Below, piece after piece: positions 31,139 through 39,756 of a stretch of DNA of 64,000 nucleotides (position 1 is the first letter of the stretch; the number at the start of each line of letters is the position of its first letter). The notes beneath the pieces were generated by a model. It saw nothing but the letters and a program-made list of their open reading frames with translations, was not told the DNA's origin and made no database searches. The stretch spans positions 263,360 to 327,359 of the forward strand of contig JAWKOD010000003.1 of the NCBI GenBank assembly GCA_041391385.1, written 5' to 3'. This DNA comes from Bdellovibrionota bacterium. Its GTDB lineage: Bacteria > Bdellovibrionota > UBA2428. The position numbers were made by a program, and so were the translations under genes.

Positions 31139-32506
31139 ATGAAACTAAAGGCGAAGGATATTATTCAAGACTTGATTAATAAAGAGCAAACCTTTTTTAC
31201 TGACAAAAATCAAAGTGAAATCGATATTTGGATGGGAATTAGGTTTTATGTACTATCAAAAATTGTCGCAGCCAAGACTCATTTGCAACTTCCCTATGAA
31301 CCTGCATGGAAAGACATATTTTCGCGTGGGCTGGCTGGATTCAATTCGATTTTCGATCTTTTGGGTTTGCGCCTAGTTAAGTCACCTAAATCAGTACTTT
31401 TCCTTATGCACGAAAGATGTACAGATGGACATGACCCTTATTTAAGTAACATTGAAAAAGCGCTCCCCGAATCCTTACGAAGTGCGAAACATTTGTGGCT
31501 AGGCGATTCTCGCTCCTTACGTTCCATCACAAACTCACAAAAAAATTACTATTCCGTAGAAGCTGTTAAAGTCTTGTCCAAAATTGGAGCTAGATTTCTT
31601 TATCCATTTCAACCCAAAAAAAAGGCCAAAGACATAATTCTTTATTTAAACGATACTCCATCTCCTCCGGCTGAAAAAGAATATCTAATAAGACAAAATG
31701 AACTAAGAATACAAAAATTAATTTATCGTTTTCTTTTTCAACCCTCAATGAACCTATCTGCATGTTTTCTGAGTGTTTCCTATTGCAATCAACCACTGAT
31801 TCAGATCATAAGAGACCGTTTTCCTCAAGCCAAAATCGTCGAGGCCCAGCATGGATTAATTTCAAAATTTCACTTAGGTTATGCAACCCAGTTAAAAAGT
31901 AGAAAGTCTTTTCCGGACGCAATCGGTCTCTTTGGTCATGACTGGGAATCTCAACTGAGCATGCCTATCAAAACTTTCGTTATGGGAGCCACATCAATTA
32001 ACATAGAAGCTCATAGCGAAAGTCGATTCACTACCTTGGGCACAAAAAATGTTTTAGTTGTTTCTCAAAAATCAATCGCACCTCTCTTAAAGAACGCCAT
32101 TCTTTGTGCTTTGACCAATAAAACAAAATTAAATTTTATTGTAAAATTACATCCAGCCGAATTTACTCAAAACGTATATGAAGAACTAGTCGAATTCCCC
32201 GAAGTCATCCTTGTGCGAGCAGAACCGCTGACCAAACTCCTTGGCCAATGCGAATATATAGTTGGTATTTACTCCACTCTCGTGGTTGAAATTGCTCAAG
32301 CCGGCTATTCTGTCAATATTCTGTCCCGTGATGGTTCAGAAAAAATGCCAAAATTAGAACAGGCAATGAGACTTATTAACGATCTTAACGAAGAGTCATT
32401 GATTAGCAAAAGGGCGAAACATTTACCGCTAAATTTATTTGAATTACCGAATTACGAGGAAATAAAAAAATTCCTTACAGATGAATTCAACAGAGGAGAA
32501 TCCTGA
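31139..32506 (+). CDS. Putative GT-B-like capsule glycosyltransferase of unresolved family (candidates: sialyltransferase-like, TagF-like, KpsS-like)
   Basis: Product of 455 aa with a C-terminal Rossmann-like half containing a KLHPAE (HP) motif. It is transcribed divergently from the neuB/neuA operon. Confidence 0.35.
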   Translation: MKLKAKDIIQDLINKEQTFFTDKNQSEIDIWMGIRFYVLSKIVAAKTHLQLPYEPAWKDIFSRGLAGFNSIFDLLGLRLVKSPKSVLFLMHERCTDGHDPYLSNIEKALPESLRSAKHLWLGDSRSLRSITNSQKNYYSVEAVKVLSKIGARFLYPFQPKKKAKDIILYLNDTPSPPAEKEYLIRQNELRIQKLIYRFLFQPSMNLSACFLSVSYCNQPLIQIIRDRFPQAKIVEAQHGLISKFHLGYATQLKSRKSFPDAIGLFGHDWESQLSMPIKTFVMGATSINIEAHSESRFTTLGTKNVLVVSQKSIAPLLKNAILCALTNKTKLNFIVKLHPAEFTQNVYEELVEFPEVILVRAEPLTKLLGQCEYIVGIYSTLVVEIAQAGYSVNILSRDGSEKMPKLEQAMRLINDLNEESLISKRAKHLPLNLFELPNYEEIKKFLTDEFNRGES

Positions 32507-32508
32507 TA

Positions 32509-33681
32509 ATGAAAACAACTTTAACTAGCATCCTATTAATCCTTGCGAGCTGCTCGAGCACTAACAATTCCCATATTGCAAGGAACATCAATTCGACTCC
32601 GGTAGCGTTAGGCCGTCTCGAATGGAGAATGGACGTTGCAGGTCTAAAAAGCGAGACCAGCGATCCCCAGACCCTACTTGGCGAAAAAATGCAAAATCTC
32701 TTACAACAAGCATCCAAAGATCTCGTCGCAACTCCCACCCTGAGTGTCATGTCGGCTTTCACACATGAAGGCAAACTACAAACTGATCCTAGCTATATTG
32801 CGTTTAGTACAGCTCATAAAGATTTTGCAATTCTCTACCGCTTTGCACTTTGCGCAAAAAGTGGTGACGAAAAATTAGCCGATGAATGCGCTAAGACTGG
32901 AAGATACAATCTCATGCGGTGGGTTCAAACTTTCAAATTTTCTGGCCAACCCATGACCGAAGTTGACTTTCTCCAAGTATTCACCTCTGCAGATCTGCTC
33001 ATCGACAGCATGCCTATACCGGATAAGATACTACTACGAGATTGGTTAGTGAGCGCAGTCAAGACAAGTGATGCTTTCTATAAATCGAAGAAAACCACTG
33101 ATACTTCTCTAATCAACAACCACAATACTTGGCGTCTCGCCGTAAGAACAATTGCACTAAAAATTATAGGTGACTCAAAAATGCTTAATGAGAATAGTCG
33201 TTTAATTTCCGAGCATGCAAAAGCCAACCTACTTCCTCCTCGTGAGTGGAAACCCGATCCAAAATGTCCAAATAATTTCAATGAAAAAACTTACGGAAGC
33301 TATGATTTTCGTCAAAGAGATGCACTTCATTATCATGTTGGTAACTTAGAAGCTTGGACATGGATGGCCCTTATGGTTCCTAGCCAAATTGACGCCAACA
33401 CAAGAAAAACTATATTAGAAGCATTTGAGTTCTTACGCCCCTATTTTACAGGAGAAAAAGTTCATAAAGAATTTGTTTGCTCAACTATTGGATTCGACGC
33501 TAAACGCGCCAGTGCTGGTCAAGAAGGTTTTGCGGGAAATTGGAAGCCTGAACAGGCCTATAAACTGTTACAGATGGCGCGAGCGGCCTTTCCAGAAATT
33601 AGATCGTGGTCCGAAGCCATCAATGAAAGCAGATATGATATTTGGCGCGAGACACTCGCTGGAATTCAGCAAGTCAAGTAA
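32509..33681 (+). CDS. Alginate-lyase-family (PL5 / AlgL-like) lipoprotein
   Basis: Lipobox LLILASCSS. The NNHNTW motif corresponds to the AlgL NNHSYW catalytic motif, and a downstream …ALHYHVGNLEAWTWMAL… Trp/His/Tyr cluster is also present. Confidence 0.55.
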   Translation: MKTTLTSILLILASCSSTNNSHIARNINSTPVALGRLEWRMDVAGLKSETSDPQTLLGEKMQNLLQQASKDLVATPTLSVMSAFTHEGKLQTDPSYIAFSTAHKDFAILYRFALCAKSGDEKLADECAKTGRYNLMRWVQTFKFSGQPMTEVDFLQVFTSADLLIDSMPIPDKILLRDWLVSAVKTSDAFYKSKKTTDTSLINNHNTWRLAVRTIALKIIGDSKMLNENSRLISEHAKANLLPPREWKPDPKCPNNFNEKTYGSYDFRQRDALHYHVGNLEAWTWMALMVPSQIDANTRKTILEAFEFLRPYFTGEKVHKEFVCSTIGFDAKRASAGQEGFAGNWKPEQAYKLLQMARAAFPEIRSWSEAINESRYDIWRETLAGIQQVK

Positions 33682-33907
33682 CGACCCATTAAGGACGTTT
33701 ATTATTGCAACGACCAAGCTATCTCCAGCTAGATCAGTTGGCAATATCACCCCCCACTTGCTCAGCCCTACGTTTCCGCCATTGAAAGTCTTTTGAGTTG
33801 ATAGGCGCTAAAGAAAAGTTAAATGATCCGACGTCACATAACGACCAAGCATGATATGCTGCGGCGCCCACCTGTCAAATTCCAGATGGTTTTGAAAAAA
33901 GGAGATT

Positions 33908-34480
33908 TTGAGCGACGATGTATCTATGTCTTTCAAAAGAGCGTTGTCGTTTGTTATATTTTTAAGCTTTATCTCAGCACATATAGCTCCAGCGCAAAGC
34001 TTATCTGATGGGCCACCAAGGGTAGACCCGAAGTTAAAGAAATATTCCTTAGGCAATGATTGGCGAGTGGGCAACGAGAATGGATTGGGTGATTTTATTG
34101 CGGGATACTATCCTGGGGCAGTCATGATCCCAGTAAATCTTTGGGGCGCAACCAAAACAAGCGGCCTGTTTAGAGTACCTAAGAACACTACCCTTACTAC
34201 TTTGCTTTCATACGCTAGGGGGCCAACTGAGGATGCTGAACTAGATGAGGTCAAAATTAAGCGCGTATCGGGCTCCAAGGAACAAGTCTTCAAGGTAGAC
34301 GTGGAGAAGATTTTTGATAATCCAGCTGAGAACGACGTAATTCTACAACCCAATGACATTGTTTATGTTGTACCTAAGAAGACTTACATTGACCCACGGC
34401 TAGTCTACCTAGTTGCATTCATTGCTTCTATAGCAAGTATTGGCGTGGCGGGTGTAACTATTTATGACCGCAGTAGATAG
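33908..34480 (+). CDS. Polysaccharide export protein (Wza/KpsD-like; Poly_export + SLBB domain), short form
   Basis: Signal peptide, an SLBB-like segment (…EQVFKVDVEKIFDNPAENDVILQPNDIVYVVPKK…) and a C-terminal hydrophobic helix. Confidence 0.55.
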   Translation: MSDDVSMSFKRALSFVIFLSFISAHIAPAQSLSDGPPRVDPKLKKYSLGNDWRVGNENGLGDFIAGYYPGAVMIPVNLWGATKTSGLFRVPKNTTLTTLLSYARGPTEDAELDEVKIKRVSGSKEQVFKVDVEKIFDNPAENDVILQPNDIVYVVPKKTYIDPRLVYLVAFIASIASIGVAGVTIYDRSR

Positions 34481-34488
34481 TTCTGCGG

Positions 34489-36282
34489 CTAGGCAACAAG
34501 CTTTAGATTTTGGGATTCTGCGTATTTTTTGAAGCGGCTGTTTTTCTGAAGAAGATCAGATATGCTACCTTCTTCAATTAGCCACCCATGCTCTATAAGA
34601 AAAACTTTATCGCAATGTAGTATAGTCGCAAGCCTGTGAGCAATTGTTATACTCGTTCTACCCTTGCTAACCGATTTAATAGATTCTACAATTTTTGCTT
34701 CAGAAACGGTGTCCAAAGAACTTGTTGCTTCATCAAAAATCATAACCTCCGGATTTAAAAGTAGCGTTCTAGCGATGGAAAGCCTTTGCCTTTGACCGCC
34801 AGAGAGCTGCACGCCTCCCTCGCCGATACTTGTTTCAAGGCCCATGGGTAGTGAGCTAACAAAATCTGCAAGGTCAGCCTGATCAAGCGCTCTCCAAATG
34901 TCGATTTCGTGAGCATTTTTTTTAAAGTAGCAAAGATTTTCTCTAATTGTTGAAAAAAATAAAATTGAATCTTGCGACACTAGCCCAATACGTTTTCTAT
35001 ATTCTTTAATGTCCATTTGACTAATATCTTCTCCGTCTATGGCAATTATCCCATTGGTAGGAGTGTAAAATCTCAACAACAAATCTGACAAAGTAGATTT
35101 TCCAGAGCCACTTGGACCAATGATCGCAACGGAGTCTCCTTGTTTAATATTAAGAGTTATCTCGTTTAAAACTTTTCTGTCTGATTCAGGGTACTGAAAA
35201 GAAACTTTTCGAAAGGAAATGTCCTTTTTAATTCTTCCGAGGGTTTTATGCATTACTATAGCGGTTGTCCAGCGTTTGTCAGCAAGAGCGAGCTCAACGG
35301 ATTTTAGTGTACCATAAGCGCCTGCTATTTCTATTACCCTATTAAGCACTATGTTAAAAAGAGGAAGTGAGCGACTAAGAATGAGAAGAAAAGTGAAAAA
35401 AGTATCAATCTTCACATTTGCACTAGGCCCAAGGTAAACTACAGCACTTATAAATGAAACCAAGATGATTATGGCCGCTACTTCTGTTATAGGTTGAGCT
35501 ACCCCTGTTAAAAAAGATATTTTTGTTAGCTTTTCTTGCAAATCTTTACTCAAATGCTCGACCCAATCAGCATGCTTTTTTTCTTCATTTGCAAGCTTAA
35601 CTAGTCGTATACCCCGTATGGTATCATTTATCGATTGAGACAAGACTCCAAACTTAACTGCTCGCTGGAGACTTAAGACCTTAACTCTGTTTCGTATAAA
35701 CTTTAAGGTAAAAATAAGGGGGAAAAATCCGACAAAACACACTAAGAATAGTTGCCAAGAGATATAAGTGAGCACACATGCATAAGCGAGTAGCTGAACG
35801 CACATCCCCAAACTTTCTATTGTGTCTACGATAACTTTTGCGGATTTTTCTACGTTCATCAAAAGTTGATTGGAAATATTTCCACTTCCTTCTTTATAAA
35901 AAAAATGTAAATCTTTTTTAAGGTAGTGTTTAATTAACTCTGTTCTGAATTGAAGCAAGTGGCGTTGACTTATTTTAGCCACCAAAAACACTCTAAGCGT
36001 AATCAGTGCGTTTTTAAATATAAACAATGAAACTGCAAATGCTAGGAGACATAAAGGATTGCTAGGTAACCACCACAAGTATTTCGCAATTAAGGAATCT
36101 ATTTTTGAAACCCCTAGCGCATCGCTACCTATATTAAAAACCTTGAAAAGAACTGGGACCAACAGCGTAAGACCTATGCTGTTGAGTATCGTGGACAAAG
36201 CAGAAAAGAAAAAGATGAGCGCTGAAATTTTTTTTTGTTTTAAAATTACCTTCAAAATAATAGACGCTGTGCTCTTTTTCAT
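34489..36282 (-). CDS. ABC exporter with a fused permease–ATPase (MsbA / type I exporter family)
   Basis: Six TM helices N-terminally. Walker A GPSGSGKST, signature LSGGQRQRL and Walker B MIFDEATS. Confidence 0.85.
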   Translation of the reverse strand: MKKSTASIILKVILKQKKISALIFFFSALSTILNSIGLTLLVPVLFKVFNIGSDALGVSKIDSLIAKYLWWLPSNPLCLLAFAVSLFIFKNALITLRVFLVAKISQRHLLQFRTELIKHYLKKDLHFFYKEGSGNISNQLLMNVEKSAKVIVDTIESLGMCVQLLAYACVLTYISWQLFLVCFVGFFPLIFTLKFIRNRVKVLSLQRAVKFGVLSQSINDTIRGIRLVKLANEEKKHADWVEHLSKDLQEKLTKISFLTGVAQPITEVAAIIILVSFISAVVYLGPSANVKIDTFFTFLLILSRSLPLFNIVLNRVIEIAGAYGTLKSVELALADKRWTTAIVMHKTLGRIKKDISFRKVSFQYPESDRKVLNEITLNIKQGDSVAIIGPSGSGKSTLSDLLLRFYTPTNGIIAIDGEDISQMDIKEYRKRIGLVSQDSILFFSTIRENLCYFKKNAHEIDIWRALDQADLADFVSSLPMGLETSIGEGGVQLSGGQRQRLSIARTLLLNPEVMIFDEATSSLDTVSEAKIVESIKSVSKGRTSITIAHRLATILHCDKVFLIEHGWLIEEGSISDLLQKNSRFKKYAESQNLKLVA

Positions 36283-36462
36283 TATTCATGGTTTTATCGG
36301 AACAAAAAAATGAAACTATAGGTTTCATTTACAGATCGTTAGACATGTCAAGTTTTTGTAACGACATGTAAGTTATCGGTAAATTCTATGTGCGGAGATG
36401 TGCCTTAATAAGCTTTTCTGCCTAAACCTGTTGATAGCCAATTCTACGTGTAAATTAATAAT

Positions 36463-37566
36463 TTATACACTTGAGACGAAGGACTTCAAATCGCCCAACG
36501 GAACGGCAGGCACAAAGTGCCCATTTGCTCCGTGCATTGAATCTGCTGCAGTCAACGCGTTCCAAATAGCTTCCTCAGTGGCTTCCAGTGCAGCTATGTA
36601 AAACGGATTCACATAGGTGTCGTGCAGGGCTTGAAAAGTAAAATAGGGAGATTTTCCAAAGCGTTCAATTTTGTTAGCTGTTGAAAATGCCAATATAATT
36701 TCACCCGAGCCATTCGCTGCGTAACTCCCCACACGCCCAATACCTAAGCCAACTCGCTTAGAAAGCCTATTGAGTTGATGCACCGTAAAGGGCGCATCCG
36801 TAGCGAGTACTGCAATAATGCTGCCATAATTGTGACGCCTTTTACTATAGTCAGCAAATTGCGGTAAAAGCTTTCTTCCTACAGGTGCGCCATCAAGCCT
36901 TAAGTCTTCCATCTCTCCAAAGTTGCTCATGACGAGCACCCCAACAGAGTACTGATCTTTTGCAACACTCACGATACGCGAAGAGGTACCAATTCCTGCT
37001 TTAAAATCACAGGTGATCATCCCTGTGCCGCCCCCCACTGAGCCTTCTGCTACGGGACCAGAACTTGCAGACTCTAGAGCTTCAACAACATTTTTGTAAA
37101 CAACATGCGTTCCAGCAATGTCATTCAACCAACTATCGTCGCACTCTCCTACAATGGGGATCACAACGTCATGTCGCCCACCAATCTCAGGATATTTTTG
37201 AACCATATACTTCACAACAGATTCACCACAACTCCCAACACTCAATGTATTTGTCAGTAAGATGGGAGTTTCAATAATTCCCCACTCCATAATCTGAGTA
37301 AGGCCCGACACTTCACCTGCACCATTTAAAACAAAGGCCCCACCCTTAACAGATTGAGTGTACTCATTGCCACCGCTTGGAAGAATAGCCGTGACTCCAG
37401 TGCGTATAGCTCCTCGTCGAGTCCCTTGCTTTCCTGTCCCGCGAATAATTGTAGAATGCCCAACTTTTACACCTGCAACATCTGTAATTGCATTCATAGG
37501 TCCTGTGGGCATTTTGCCGATTGTAATTCCAAGATCTCTCAGACGTTTTCGTGTATTTTTTACCAT
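36463..37566 (-). CDS. Peptidase family S58 (DmpA / L-aminopeptidase D-Ala-esterase/amidase; Ntn-hydrolase, ArgJ-like fold)
   Basis: MNAITDVAGVKVGHSTI…, GGGTGMITCDFKAGIGTSS and …ILAFSTAN… follow the DmpA/BapA family pattern. It lies downstream of, and is co-transcribed with, the ATP-grasp gene. Confidence 0.7.
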   Translation of the reverse strand: MVKNTRKRLRDLGITIGKMPTGPMNAITDVAGVKVGHSTIIRGTGKQGTRRGAIRTGVTAILPSGGNEYTQSVKGGAFVLNGAGEVSGLTQIMEWGIIETPILLTNTLSVGSCGESVVKYMVQKYPEIGGRHDVVIPIVGECDDSWLNDIAGTHVVYKNVVEALESASSGPVAEGSVGGGTGMITCDFKAGIGTSSRIVSVAKDQYSVGVLVMSNFGEMEDLRLDGAPVGRKLLPQFADYSKRRHNYGSIIAVLATDAPFTVHQLNRLSKRVGLGIGRVGSYAANGSGEIILAFSTANKIERFGKSPYFTFQALHDTYVNPFYIAALEATEEAIWNALTAADSMHGANGHFVPAVPLGDLKSFVSSV

Positions 37567-37611
37567 AGAGAATTATCTCTACCTTAGCCCTTAGTGAATA
37601 GCTTGAACAGC

Positions 37612-39695
37612 CTAGCTCGACACAGGCTCCACATTTAGCTCAACGCTTTGTTGCCTTTGCCCAACAGAAAGTTCTTTTCTTCTATCTTTTAGGCGCCTAA
37701 TCGCAGGAGAGAGTATTTCCTGTATAAGTGTGTCATAAGCCATACCGCCTGCTTCGGAGATTAGACACAAATCAGACCATCCAGGAGTTAATCCAGGAAG
37801 AGGATTACATTCTAAGAAATAAGGATTCCCCTCAAGGTCCATCCTAAAGTCAATACGTGCAACATCGCGACACCCCAATGCCATAAAAGCTTTTCGCGCA
37901 TAAGTTTCAATTTGAGTTTTTTGTTTAGGCGTAAAAACTGGAGAAGTTTCGTAACGAATATGTTTTTCAAAATCTAACTTATATTCATAACTATAGACAG
38001 GTGACGTTATTCCCTTGTCGAGAAAGATGATTTCCATTGGAGTTAATACCTTTGGTCTCTTTTCACCTAAAAGTGCCACAGTAAACTCTCGTCCACCCAC
38101 AAATGTTTCCACGAGTGCAGGTTGCTTGTATCTCTCAACAAGCATAGCCACCAATTCTCGCAATTCCTTTTCTGAATGAACTACACTTGTTGCATAAATC
38201 CCCTTACTACTTCCCTCAGCAACCGGTTTTGCCATAAGAGGATAAGTGAGTTTAGAAGGAATTTTTTCTTTAGCATCTAACATTAAAAATGCTGCTGGCG
38301 TAAGCACTCCGGCTTCTGCGACAACCTTTTTAGCCAATCCTTTATCTAAAGTTACAGCAAGCGTTGTAGCATCACTTCCAGTGTAGGGAATTCCCATCAT
38401 GTCCAATAGAGCAGGTACTTGTGATTCTCTATTGCGACCCCGCAAACCTTCGGCAATATTAAAAACTAAATCAACATCAGCGGAACCTAATTTAGCTGGA
38501 AGATCACTTGTAGCTTCGAAATCAATAACCTCATGTCCCTGCTTTCGAATAGCATTTCGAATGGCTTCTAAGGTTTTGGGTGCATCAAACTCCGCCTCAA
38601 GATCTGTAAGTGGATCCATTCCCGGAGTGAGTCGTTTCTCGTTGTAGGTAAATCCAACACGAAGGCGAGATAAAGGACGCAAGCGCAGCTTGCGCTTACG
38701 AAGGTGAAATCGAGTCGAACAGCTTTGAACAACGGCCTCAAAAACCGCAAGATCGCTCGTAGCACCAGAGTGTAAAGCGGCCGCAAAAAGCCCCGCGCCC
38801 TCCTCTAAACTCGGAAGCGCGTTGATCTCAATAAAATAAATTTCTCCCGTAGATGAGATGCGAAAATCCATGCGTGCAAGGTCGCGAACGCCAAGCCCAA
38901 CAATGATCTTGCTTGCATAATCCATTATCTTTTTCTGCGTCGCCTCTGATATATCGGCTGGAACTTTTACCGATACGGCATCTGAATTGTTGTTTTTAAA
39001 TCGTAATCATAGATTTTATACTTACGATTTTGAAGCTGACTCTCATCAAAAACATATTGAACCGGGCAAAGAACTCCCTTTGTTTTTTCACTGAGAGCCT
39101 CTACAAAAGGCACTGTGACATCAAACCCATCAACGTATTCTTCGACAAGAATCCCTTCTGGATATTTTTTGAGAAGTGCTTTTATACGTGACACGTATTC
39201 TTGAGGAGAGCTCACCACGGATTCTTGAGTAATCCCCTTGGAGCTCCCCTCATAGTTTGGTTTTAAAAACAAAGGGAATTTCAAACTCGGAATTTGTCCC
39301 GCATCTTTTTCAGTCACAAAAACAGAAGGGACAACAGGAACGCCACATCGACTTACCCGAGACTTTGTAAGATCCTTATCGAGTGTAAGGTTACAAATGT
39401 AGGCATCACTTCCAGTAAAAGCAAAACCCATTTGCTCAAAAAGAGCGGGATAGAAACCTTCGCGAAAACGTCCAAAAGTTCCTTCGGCTGTATTGAAAAT
39501 CAAATCAGGCTCCAGGCTCTCAATACGCGCTAAAACTCTCGCAGGAGGCCCCGACACTTCTACTTGAAATACATCATGCCCCAAGGATTGCAAAAGCTGA
39601 GTTATACGATCAATTGTTTCGAGTGTATCGAACTCAGCTTCAGACTCCGACTCGCTCGTTTTAAGGTTATGCGTAAAAGCAATTCTCATAGGCAT
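37612..39695 (-). CDS. Tandem (two-module) D-Ala–D-Ala-ligase-like ATP-grasp protein, split by a single-base frameshift in an A-run at about 38965
   Basis: ORF 38967..39695 holds the N-terminal and central Ddl domains (…FLKPNYEGSSKGIT…EEYVDGFDVTV…KIYDYDLK). Translation continues without a stop in the frame of ORF 37612..38925 (…NNNSDAVSVKVPADISEATQKKIMDYASKIIVGLGVRDLARMDFRIS…EIYFIEINALP), completing the first Ddl module. A linker then leads into a second full Ddl-like module (LRVGFTYNEK … ARIDFRMDLEGNPYFLECNPLPGL). The shift maps to gatttaAAAAcaac. Confidence 0.65.
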
Positions 39696-39756
39696 ATCTC
39701 GTATAATAAGGCTTTATTGAAAATACACTGTCTGAATTTTGGATAATTGAGTTTTT

